The translations under genes and the position numbers were made by a program. Shown here in pieces: positions 55,551 to 64,000 of a stretch of 64,000 bases of DNA. This stretch comes from a virus. The stretch's first letter is position 1. Each line of letters begins with the position of its first letter. Below the pieces are notes generated by a model, which was given only the letters and a program-made list of their open reading frames with translations, did no database searches and was not told where the DNA came from. The stretch is taken from IMG/VR virus record IMGVR_UViG_3300014039_000004; one strand, given 5' to 3'.

Positions 55551-56234
55551 ATGGCTAGTATTGCAATGCTTGTATCAGAGTTTGCACATTCTCTTAAACA
55601 GCCTAATAATAAAGCTCTTAGAGAAAATATTAAAACTCTTATTATTCATACTCGTAGTGAAATAATTCGACGAAGTTATGAAAATCATGGTTATATTGAT
55701 AAAGGATTGACACAACGATTTAAAGTTAGTTTAACTGAATTTTTAGATGGAGATGTAGAACTTCCAGATAATTATGATTGGCATGATAAAGTTAAACGTA
55801 CTGTACAAAAAGTTCCACGTCCTGTAAGATTGACTAATAATTTACCATTTGATAGAGTTAGTAGTGTAGGTTATAGAACTAATAAAGAATTTCCTTTTAT
55901 TAAAGAAACTTCTGCTAGATTTAGAAATAGTGTTCCTGGTCTTTGTAATATGCCTTGTTATGATTATATAAATGGTTATATTTATATATTTCCACCAGAA
56001 GGTAAACCATTTGTTCTTAATAATATTTGTATTGAATCTGTATTTGAACATCCAACAGAAATAGAACTTATGAATAATGAAGTTGATGGTATGAAAGTTT
56101 TGACAGATGATAATGAATGGCTTTTAAGTGAAGATATGATTGGTCAAATTAAAGATATTATTTATAAAAGAGATTTATTAAATACAATTAGAGAAACTAA
56201 TGAAATTCCAAATACTGTAAAATTTAATGGTTAA
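55551..56234 (+). CDS. hypothetical virion/tail protein
   Basis: ORF 55473..56234 trimmed to MASIAMLVSEF (ATG 55551). The extension covers a motif copy. Confidence 0.55.
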   Translation: MASIAMLVSEFAHSLKQPNNKALRENIKTLIIHTRSEIIRRSYENHGYIDKGLTQRFKVSLTEFLDGDVELPDNYDWHDKVKRTVQKVPRPVRLTNNLPFDRVSSVGYRTNKEFPFIKETSARFRNSVPGLCNMPCYDYINGYIYIFPPEGKPFVLNNICIESVFEHPTEIELMNNEVDGMKVLTDDNEWLLSEDMIGQIKDIIYKRDLLNTIRETNEIPNTVKFNG

Positions 56235-56237
56235 ATC

Positions 56238-57185
56238 ATGGGAATAAAAGAAGCTCCAATAGGTATTAAAACCTATTATAAATGTATAAAACGAGATTAT
56301 GCTAATATTAAAGAAGATACTCTTCAAGTTATAGATAAACTCAAAACTGAAATAAATGTTGATACTGAGGATATTAAAAATAATTTAGATGTATATAAAA
56401 ATAAATTCAATATTAATCTTATGAATTATGATGAATTTGTTAATAAACGATATACTACAGGTAAGTTTAATAAAATGGCTAAAGGCTTATATTTAAATCG
56501 TAATAATAATTATGAACTTACTGGAGAACTTTATAATCTTGTCAAACTTTCTACTAAACAAAAAGAACTTAAAGAATATGAAGAAGGACTTGATGTTTGT
56601 AATAAAATAGAAGGACTTAATCTTAAAGATTTTACTAATATTCTTAAAGTATTTTATACTAAGGTTCATGAAAAGATGATTAAAGAAGGAGCAGGTTATG
56701 TTCTTGAAGGTAATTTAGGTTGGCTTTGTATTAATAGATGTGTTATTGATAAGCAACGACCTATGCTTGATTTTAATGCTACTAAAAAAAGAGAACAAGA
56801 ACTTAAAGCTGCTGGTAAAAAGATTTGGAATAAAGAAGAAGCTGATTGGTGTGCAGCTAAAGGTATTGAATATAAAGCAGAAGATAAACGAGTATTTAGA
56901 AATGATGCTTGCTGTTATGAAATACCTATTATTGGAAGTACAATAAAAGGTCGTTCTAGTCTTAGATTTACAAGTGCTGTTTATGTAGGAAGTAGCATTA
57001 AACATCAAGGTTATGATGATTGGCTTAAATTAGTTAATAATGTTGATGATGCTTTAAAACTTCCTTTAGATATTCGTAAAAAACTTTATATGTGTCTTAA
57101 ATTAGATAAAGATTTATATATTAAATTTATTAGAAATGAACATCAAAAACCAATTATCTCTCCAAAGATTAATAGGAAAGATTGA
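56238..57185 (+). CDS. hypothetical protein
   Basis: 315-aa ORF. Confidence 0.55.
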   Translation: MGIKEAPIGIKTYYKCIKRDYANIKEDTLQVIDKLKTEINVDTEDIKNNLDVYKNKFNINLMNYDEFVNKRYTTGKFNKMAKGLYLNRNNNYELTGELYNLVKLSTKQKELKEYEEGLDVCNKIEGLNLKDFTNILKVFYTKVHEKMIKEGAGYVLEGNLGWLCINRCVIDKQRPMLDFNATKKREQELKAAGKKIWNKEEADWCAAKGIEYKAEDKRVFRNDACCYEIPIIGSTIKGRSSLRFTSAVYVGSSIKHQGYDDWLKLVNNVDDALKLPLDIRKKLYMCLKLDKDLYIKFIRNEHQKPIISPKINRKD

Positions 57186-57876
57186 TAATGATTTTAATAT
57201 TAGTGAATCTGATTGGATTCCTAGAGTAGCTGCTTGGACTATTGATGCTTTATCTCAACTTAATTGTTTGCCTATGATTAAAAAACATAGACAACTTGAA
57301 GTTAGTGATAAAATTGCACAATTTCCTTGTAAACTAAATACTAAAGATATTAAAGTATATGATAAGAATGGTTGTGAAATACCTGAATTAGATGATAATA
57401 TTTCTTGTGGATGTACTAATATTAAAAATAGTACTTCACAAGAAATTGCTGTTATAGATACTACTAATAAAAGTGGTATTAATTTTATGCAAGTTGGAAC
57501 TATTATTAATAATAATAATCATAATTATATTATTCAAGATAATACTATAGAACTTAATTTTGATACTGAATATATTATAGTAGAATCTTATGAAGTAGCT
57601 ACATATTATGATGAATATTATGATTGTGAAGTTCCTTATATTTATGATGATGGTTTATTACTTGAAGCTCTTGCTTGGTATTGTTTATTTAAATATTTAA
57701 GTAGAGGTAGTAAACATCCTGTTTATGATTTAAAAAGTAATAGTCCTGTTACAAATCCTTTTCTTCAATGGAATACTCTTAAAACTAAAGCAGCTGCTTC
57801 TGTTAAGATTAAACTTAATAGAGATAAAGGATGGAATAATTTCTTTTATAATAGTACTTTTATACCAAGAAACTAA
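57136..57876 (+). CDS. hypothetical protein
   Basis: 246-aa ORF with a 50-nt overlap with the upstream gene. Confidence 0.5.
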   Translation: MNIKNQLSLQRLIGKIDNDFNISESDWIPRVAAWTIDALSQLNCLPMIKKHRQLEVSDKIAQFPCKLNTKDIKVYDKNGCEIPELDDNISCGCTNIKNSTSQEIAVIDTTNKSGINFMQVGTIINNNNHNYIIQDNTIELNFDTEYIIVESYEVATYYDEYYDCEVPYIYDDGLLLEALAWYCLFKYLSRGSKHPVYDLKSNSPVTNPFLQWNTLKTKAAASVKIKLNRDKGWNNFFYNSTFIPRN

Positions 57877-57879
57877 ATT

Positions 57880-60800
57880 ATGTCTAATATAGTTCCTAAA
57901 TTAAATCTTAATAAAACTCCTAATTTAGTAGATACTAATAGTTTAGTGTTTGCTAAAAATATTCGTGTTGATATTGATGGTAGTTTACATAAAGATTATG
58001 GCATTAAACCTTTTTTGGGAATTGATGATGCTGGAGATGTTTGTGATTATAGAACTATAATTTATAAAATACTTAATGATTTTGATGATATTATAAATGA
58101 TGAAACTATATCACAAAATGAAAAAGTTATTACTACTACATATAAAACTATAGTAGAAAATATTCTTAAACAAATTAATAATAATAATCCTAGTATTTTA
58201 CATATTATTGATGTAATTCCTTATAATGATGAATTTTATTGTTTATTTAATGCTATAACTAAATATACAATAGAAGGTAAAGAAACTTATAAAACAAATG
58301 ATTTTATATTTTGTTATAAGGAAAAAGAAGATAAGTTTTATCCATGTGATACAGCTTGGAGTTATCATTATGGTAAAATTGAAGGATGTATTCTTAATAA
58401 TATAGTTGGTGAAAAAATATTAGTAATAGCTGAATATGATACTGATGAAAAAGTTCCATTAAAATGTATAAATCTTAGTAAAGCTTCATCTACTGATGAT
58501 GAAAGTATTTATACTCAAATGCCTATAATACCTATTACTAATTTAAATTATAGTGGTACTTTTAATTATGTTATTCCTAATGGTTCTTATCAATTTTTTA
58601 TAAGATATAAAATTAGAGATAATTTTTATACTGATTGGTTTCCTGCTAGTAAAGAAGTTTTTACAGGTAATACTAATAATGTAATAACAAATTTTGGTAC
58701 ACTTAAATATGTAAATACTCATACTGATTCAGATAATAGTTTTGTATTTAATGTTGAACATTTAAATATTGAAAATACTAAATATTATAAAAAATTTCAA
58801 ATTGGTTTTATTTGTTCACATGATGATACTATTGTAGCTAGAGCTTGGAAACATTTTGATATTAATACACAAGTTATACAATTTGATTATAAAACAGAAG
58901 ATGGAGAAGAAATTGAAGTTACAGATTTAACTAAAGTTAGTTATAATATTTATAATGTTGGAAATGTTACTAGTTTTAAAAATAAAGTATATATTTCTAA
59001 TTATGAAGAAAGTAATCTTAATGAACAATTTCAAAATATAGCTAATAAAGTTAATATAACTATTAAAGAAAAATCAGAATTTAATGGTTATGATAAATGG
59101 AATACTGCAAATACTACAATAGGTAATAAAACTTATATAACTGCTATTAATAATATTCCTATTGCTTATGCTGGAACTGAAAAAGATAGTATTATAAAAA
59201 ATCTTATTAATAATATAACTAGCATATTATCTGAAAGTACTAGTAATAATCAAACTGAAAATAATTATTATGACAGTAGTGTAAATAAAACATCTATTTA
59301 TGGTACTGATATTAGATTAACTAGAGATAACCTTTCTACTTTACAAAATAATATAATTGCTAGATTAAAACAATTAGGTGAAAACAAAGCTGTTGGTAAT
59401 ATAAAGTTTGATACTGATGTAGATTATATATCAATAGATGATAAAACAGTATCTACTTCAACAGATTCTGCTAATGCTAATATAAATAAAGCAATTGATG
59501 TTATTTATAATACTATAAAAGGTATAAATGATAATGGTACTTTTGTAAATAATTCATATCTTACAAAAAATACATTTACTATAAGAATTTGGCGTAATTA
59601 TAATTACACTGTTACAGTTAATAATCCTGGAACTATAATAGATAAAGAAATTAATCCAGATATAAGTATTCAAAATATAGATGATATAAATAATACAGGT
59701 ACTGCTTTTAAAACTATTACAGAAAGTTATGAACAAAAAATTATTATAAATCTTATTGCTTATAAAAACAAAATAAGTAATAATAATGTTAGTAAACTTA
59801 CATCTTATACTACATTAATACCTTTTCAACATTATAAATTTTATATACATTTTGTTAAAAATAATGGTGAAATAACTAATGGTTATTATTGTGGAGGAGA
59901 TAATGCTGGTGAAATAATTCCAGAATATAAAGCAAGTTGTAATACTATTATTTATCCTAGTTTTATTAATATTAATATTCCTGATGGGTATTCAGCTTGT
60001 TTCTTTTCAATATTTCATAATGCTATTGATTCAGCAACTATTTATGATGTTCAAGCATTAAAAAACTCAACTACTGTTTTATGTTATGAAGGCAGTTGTT
60101 TAGATATAGACCTTAGACTTGTACCTGGTTATAAAAATATTAATATTAAATATCAAGATACTATTCTTAATGTTGAAGGAGAAACAACTACTACTGAAAT
60201 TAAAGATACAACTGGAGACTATTATTATAGTAGTAATTCTACTTATGGTAGATATTTTGGAGCTAGAGGTATTATTAAAATAAATAATACTTCTCCTAAT
60301 ATAAATGGTTTAATGTATGTTACTACAGACTATGAATTTAGTCAAATAGATAATATTAAACTTGTTAAATGTACTCCTTTTATAAATGATACAATTTTTG
60401 ATGATTATAATGATTTAGATTTACAAGGTTATATTTGTGAAATAAGCCCATTAGATAAAAATAGAAGTATTAATTATTATTCTGATGGTAGTAGTGTTTG
60501 GAAAAAACAAAATATTGATGATTTAAATAATACTAATAATACAATTCATATTAGTTTAGATGAATTAGGTAAATATAATGATAGTACTGCAAAAATTGCT
60601 GATTTTGACCTTATGACAACAAATAAGGTTTATATTTATTCTAATTATAATCTTAATTATTTAAGTTTATCTAGTGAGCCTATTCAAGTTAATAAAACTT
60701 ATTATAATACAAATAGTGATGGCAAAATAACAGATGATGTTACTAAAATAATTATTTGGAGATTATTAACTAGTCTTACACTTAGTGAAGTTTATAAACT

Positions 60801-62163
60801 AGATTCTATGTATAAAAATACTACTAGAAAAATATATTCAGTTTATAATGAAAATGATGTTGTAAGATTTGATAATACTATTAGAAGTAGTAAATTAGAA
60901 AGTGATGAAAGTAGAATAAATGTATTCAAATTTGATCCAGATGATTATTATAATGTTCCTACAAATAGAGGTATTATAACTAATCTTAAAGGTATAGGTG
61001 ATAATATAATTGTACATACTAAAGATAGTATGTTTAAATTTACAGGAAGTAATAATCTTCAAAGTAGTACTGGAGAAATACAACCTACTGAAACAGATGT
61101 TTTTCAAACAGGTATTAGTGAAGTTTTTGGTTCAGATTTTGGATATGCTGGATTGCAAAATAAACAAAATAGCATAATAACAGAAACAGGATATATCTTT
61201 TATGATAAAGATTCTAATGTTATTTATATGTATTCTGGACAAGGTCAAATAATTAAACTTAGTGATAACATAGAACGTTTATTTAATCATGCTCCTGTTG
61301 AAGATGTAAGATTTGCTAATGACTATTATAATAATCGTATATTTATTTGTATATGGTTTAAATATAATAATGGTCTTAAACCTGTGACTCTAAGTTTTTA
61401 TCTTAATCAAAATAATAGAAATTTTATAAGTCTTCATGATTTCTATTTTACTAAAGCTTTTAATACTAAAGTTAATTGTTATTTTCTTAATAATAGAGAA
61501 ACTAATATTTGTAAAATAGATAAATCTGATTTTAATAGATATATGGGTATTACTATTGAAAATTCAGATGATATATATCCTAGAAGTGTAGAATTTGATA
61601 AAGAAGAATTTAAAATTTATAGAAATGATGGTGGAGATTATGATAATATTGAATTAGATGTAGCAAATATAGATTCTATTATAGATATTATATATAATGT
61701 AAATTACGAAACAGTTAAAACTTTAAATAGTATATCATGGTATAGTAAAATCATCAAAGATGTATTTCCTTTAGCTACTAATATGGTATATGAAAATATG
61801 GCTGAAAGTATAGATACTGATATTCCTGCTATGCAAATTATGATTTATACTGATACATGTTGTTCAGATATTATTCATGCTGATATTAAATCTAATGATT
61901 ATTCTATTAAGAATCCTAATTCATATCAATTACCTAGATATAATCAAGGTTATTGGAGTTTAAGTTATTTTAGAAATATAATTAATAATAATAATGCTTT
62001 TAAATATTTAGATAATTATAATGATGGTAGAAAAAAAGCTTCTTTTATAAATGATGAAAATTCTCTTATAGAAGGTAAATATTTTGTAGTTAGATTTATA
62101 TTTAGAGCAGGTAAAGATTTTAAACTTGAAAGTATTAATTTTAATTATTCTAATAAATTATGA
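57880..62163 (+). CDS. large virion/tail structural protein
   Basis: 1427-aa ORF in the tail module. No motif recognised. Confidence 0.5.
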   Translation: MSNIVPKLNLNKTPNLVDTNSLVFAKNIRVDIDGSLHKDYGIKPFLGIDDAGDVCDYRTIIYKILNDFDDIINDETISQNEKVITTTYKTIVENILKQINNNNPSILHIIDVIPYNDEFYCLFNAITKYTIEGKETYKTNDFIFCYKEKEDKFYPCDTAWSYHYGKIEGCILNNIVGEKILVIAEYDTDEKVPLKCINLSKASSTDDESIYTQMPIIPITNLNYSGTFNYVIPNGSYQFFIRYKIRDNFYTDWFPASKEVFTGNTNNVITNFGTLKYVNTHTDSDNSFVFNVEHLNIENTKYYKKFQIGFICSHDDTIVARAWKHFDINTQVIQFDYKTEDGEEIEVTDLTKVSYNIYNVGNVTSFKNKVYISNYEESNLNEQFQNIANKVNITIKEKSEFNGYDKWNTANTTIGNKTYITAINNIPIAYAGTEKDSIIKNLINNITSILSESTSNNQTENNYYDSSVNKTSIYGTDIRLTRDNLSTLQNNIIARLKQLGENKAVGNIKFDTDVDYISIDDKTVSTSTDSANANINKAIDVIYNTIKGINDNGTFVNNSYLTKNTFTIRIWRNYNYTVTVNNPGTIIDKEINPDISIQNIDDINNTGTAFKTITESYEQKIIINLIAYKNKISNNNVSKLTSYTTLIPFQHYKFYIHFVKNNGEITNGYYCGGDNAGEIIPEYKASCNTIIYPSFININIPDGYSACFFSIFHNAIDSATIYDVQALKNSTTVLCYEGSCLDIDLRLVPGYKNINIKYQDTILNVEGETTTTEIKDTTGDYYYSSNSTYGRYFGARGIIKINNTSPNINGLMYVTTDYEFSQIDNIKLVKCTPFINDTIFDDYNDLDLQGYICEISPLDKNRSINYYSDGSSVWKKQNIDDLNNTNNTIHISLDELGKYNDSTAKIADFDLMTTNKVYIYSNYNLNYLSLSSEPIQVNKTYYNTNSDGKITDDVTKIIIWRLLTSLTLSEVYKLDSMYKNTTRKIYSVYNENDVVRFDNTIRSSKLESDESRINVFKFDPDDYYNVPTNRGIITNLKGIGDNIIVHTKDSMFKFTGSNNLQSSTGEIQPTETDVFQTGISEVFGSDFGYAGLQNKQNSIITETGYIFYDKDSNVIYMYSGQGQIIKLSDNIERLFNHAPVEDVRFANDYYNNRIFICIWFKYNNGLKPVTLSFYLNQNNRNFISLHDFYFTKAFNTKVNCYFLNNRETNICKIDKSDFNRYMGITIENSDDIYPRSVEFDKEEFKIYRNDGGDYDNIELDVANIDSIIDIIYNVNYETVKTLNSISWYSKIIKDVFPLATNMVYENMAESIDTDIPAMQIMIYTDTCCSDIIHADIKSNDYSIKNPNSYQLPRYNQGYWSLSYFRNIINNNNAFKYLDNYNDGRKKASFINDENSLIEGKYFVVRFIFRAGKDFKLESINFNYSNKL

Positions 62164-64000
62164 GATATAAATTAAAATGTGGTGGTAAACCTCGTAGAAA
62201 AGCTTTTGCCGGAGCTGATGGTGCTATTATGGCAGCTGCAACTCTTGCTGCTTCTGCTGCTAATGTTGCAGCTCAAAATAAATCAGCTTCTACACAAGCT
62301 AAAGCTATAGAGTCTAATGCTAAAGCTCAAGCACAAGCTATTCAACAACAAACAACTAATAATAATCAATTACAAAATGAATATATTCAATTTAGTAAAG
62401 AACAAAATAAATTGATGAGAGACCAACAACAAGAAATGCAAACTACTTTACAAGAACTTGCAGGTAAAGAAAATATGAATAGTAGACTTGATGCTGGTAA
62501 AATAATTCTTAGAAATGGAGGAATTGGTAACAAACGTAGATTATCAGATTTCTTCTACAGGGGAGGTAATATGCCTTTCAGAGTTACTGATGGAGGTGGA
62601 GTTCTTCCTATTCAAACAGATAATAATGGTTATGGTCTTTATGAAATTAGAGGTAATGATCATGAACATTATCATAAAACTTCTGGTGGTAAACATAAAT
62701 CAGGAGTTGGTATTAAATTTAATGATGGTAGTGTAGTTGAAGGTGAAGGAAATCAAAATACTAATCAAGGAGAATTACTTTATGTAACTCCACAAGATGC
62801 TATGTTTATTAGTAAGCATAGCATTAGTGGTTTTAATCCTACTAAAGCAGTCCAACAAGGTATGCACCCTCAACAAGCATTTAATATTCAACAAAATATT
62901 AAAAATATGAATAGTATAGCTGATGACGGAGGTAAGCTCCCCCGTAGAAGAAGTATAGCAAGTAAAGGAGATTGGATAGATTTAGTTAATTCTCTTACTA
63001 CTAGAAAAGGTATTGCTAGAGGTATTAGAGAATTTAGTCAAGGCGTTCCTTTTATAAGTGGAAGTTTGGATCCTGTTGCTGATTATATTGAAGGACCAGA
63101 TAGACAACCTATTTATGAAATAGATGCTAATGGTAATCAACATTTTATAGGCTATGCTCCTAATAATTATAATGAAAATGCTTTATTTAGTATTTTAAGT
63201 GGACCTGGTAGTAAAATGGTTAAACCTATTAAAGCTGTTAATACTAGTAGAATGTCTGCTAAATATAAAGAAGTTATGGAATATTTAGATAAAATAAGTA
63301 ATAAACTTAAAGATACAGCTCCTACTTTGTTTGAAAATAAAGCTACTAATGTATTTAAAAATGCTGGTTCTAATTTTGGTATTAGAACTAAAATGCCTAT
63401 TGACCTTAGATATTTAGCAAAAGTTAGAAGAGGTATTAGAACAGGTGAAATAATGACACCTGAAAATGAACATATAGCACAAGCAGCTGCTGATGCAACT
63501 AAAGGTGCAACTGAGGCCGCTAGAACAATTGCAGCTAATAGTAGATTGTTACATGGACGATCTGTAACTAAGGCTAAAAAAGCTTTATCTAATATAATAC
63601 AAAAAGCTAAAAATAGACAAGAATTAAGACGTAATAAAGCTCAATGGAATGAAGCTGCAAGAGAATGGCAAGAAGCAGGAGTAACTAGTGATGCTTATAA
63701 TAGAGTAAATCCTACTATATCTAATAATACTAGAATTAGTTTAAGAACTATAGATAAAAATGCTAAAAATGCTATTCGTGGAGGATTAGGCTTATTAGGT
63801 ACAGGTGTAGGAGGATATTTACTTAATAGTGTATATAATCAAATACAAGAATCTAATAATTCTAATAATATTCCTGTTAATAATAATTTAACACATCCTT
63901 ATATTGATAGTTATAAACAATCTCAACAAATAAAACAAGATAGTATTAAAAATGATACTATTAAACAAATACAACAAACTTCTAATAATACTTCTAAAAA
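62160..64000 (+). CDS. virion protein, 5' part (open to the right edge)
   Basis: ATG 62160 overlaps the upstream stop (ATGA). Hand-translated with no stop through 64000 (MRYKLKCGGKPRRKAFAGADG...). Not in the ORF track because it is unterminated. Confidence 0.6.
   Translation, partial: MRYKLKCGGKPRRKAFAGADGAIMAAATLAASAANVAAQNKSASTQAKAIESNAKAQAQAIQQQTTNNNQLQNEYIQFSKEQNKLMRDQQQEMQTTLQELAGKENMNSRLDAGKIILRNGGIGNKRRLSDFFYRGGNMPFRVTDGGGVLPIQTDNNGYGLYEIRGNDHEHYHKTSGGKHKSGVGIKFNDGSVVEGEGNQNTNQGELLYVTPQDAMFISKHSISGFNPTKAVQQGMHPQQAFNIQQNIKNMNSIADDGGKLPRRRSIASKGDWIDLVNSLTTRKGIARGIREFSQGVPFISGSLDPVADYIEGPDRQPIYEIDANGNQHFIGYAPNNYNENALFSILSGPGSKMVKPIKAVNTSRMSAKYKEVMEYLDKISNKLKDTAPTLFENKATNVFKNAGSNFGIRTKMPIDLRYLAKVRRGIRTGEIMTPENEHIAQAAADATKGATEAARTIAANSRLLHGRSVTKAKKALSNIIQKAKNRQELRRNKAQWNEAAREWQEAGVTSDAYNRVNPTISNNTRISLRTIDKNAKNAIRGGLGLLGTGVGGYLLNSVYNQIQESNNSNNIPVNNNLTHPYIDSYKQSQQIKQDSIKNDTIKQIQQTSNNTSK
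62550..62566 (+). repeat. 17-nt motif, forward: TTCTTCTACAGGGGAGG
   Basis: Inside 62160..>64000, translated as DFFYRGGN. Confidence 0.85.
62936..62952 (-). repeat. 17-nt motif, reverse (GCTCCCCCGTAGAAGAA on the plus strand)
   Basis: Inside 62160..>64000, translated as KLPRRRS. Confidence 0.85.

Noticed and set aside
45528-62163. Looked for a diversity-generating retroelement (template/variable repeat pairs, reverse transcriptase), the giant crAss-like RNA polymerase (DxDGD-type motif), and introns, inteins or homing endonucleases in the large genes.
   Set aside because: No RT-like ORF, no adenine-mismatched long repeats noticed by eye, no DxDGD-like catalytic motif, and no HNH, LAGLIDADG or GIY-YIG signatures in this window. 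A computational repeat search would be needed for a firm negative.

Overview
This window is an AT-rich dsDNA phage segment whose gene content and layout fit a crAss-like (Crassvirales) podophage of Bacteroidota. That assignment rests on synteny and motifs recognised by eye; no database search was possible.

Layout:
- Minus-strand block (1-26103): replication, nucleotide metabolism and early genes. It holds dUTPase, dCMP deaminase, ThyX, a thioredoxin-like protein, ATP-dependent DNA ligase, DnaG-like primase, family B DNA polymerase, a UDG-like protein, an SF1 helicase, tRNA-Lys(UUU), tRNA-Leu(UAA) and many small ORFs.
- Non-coding region (26104-27468): about 1.3 kb, repeat-rich, separating the two divergently transcribed blocks.
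- Plus-strand block (27469-64000): morphogenesis genes. It holds a PD-(D/E)XK nuclease, a lysis-like cassette, TerL, portal, a scaffold-like protein, MCP and giant tail/virion proteins.

No integrase, CRISPR array, reverse transcriptase or stop-codon recoding was seen.

Most interesting signals:
1. A 17-21 nt motif, TTCTTCTACRGGGGAGS(TAAT), occurs about 19 times. It lies on both strands, in intergenic DNA and inside CDSs in several reading frames, so the conservation is at nucleotide level. Function is unknown. One inverted pair exactly brackets a single gene.
2. Three 48-nt structured elements share one architecture: a 7-bp outer stem, a 5-bp inner stem with a 7-nt loop, and an invariant 17-mer. 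Their stems covary. Each follows a small gene in a region of low coding density.
3. Tandem 21-bp repeats plus a shared 24-nt box lie upstream of two paralogous genes with higher G+C.
4. The divergent non-coding region resembles a replication origin: inverted purine-rich iteron-like arrays, a 26-nt perfect palindrome and a 34-nt alternating pyrimidine-purine tract.
5. An A11 tract splits a ~116-codon gene between two frames.
6. A conserved 20-mer promoter-like element has one orphan copy that is antisense to its gene block.

Functional calls without catalytic motifs are tentative.
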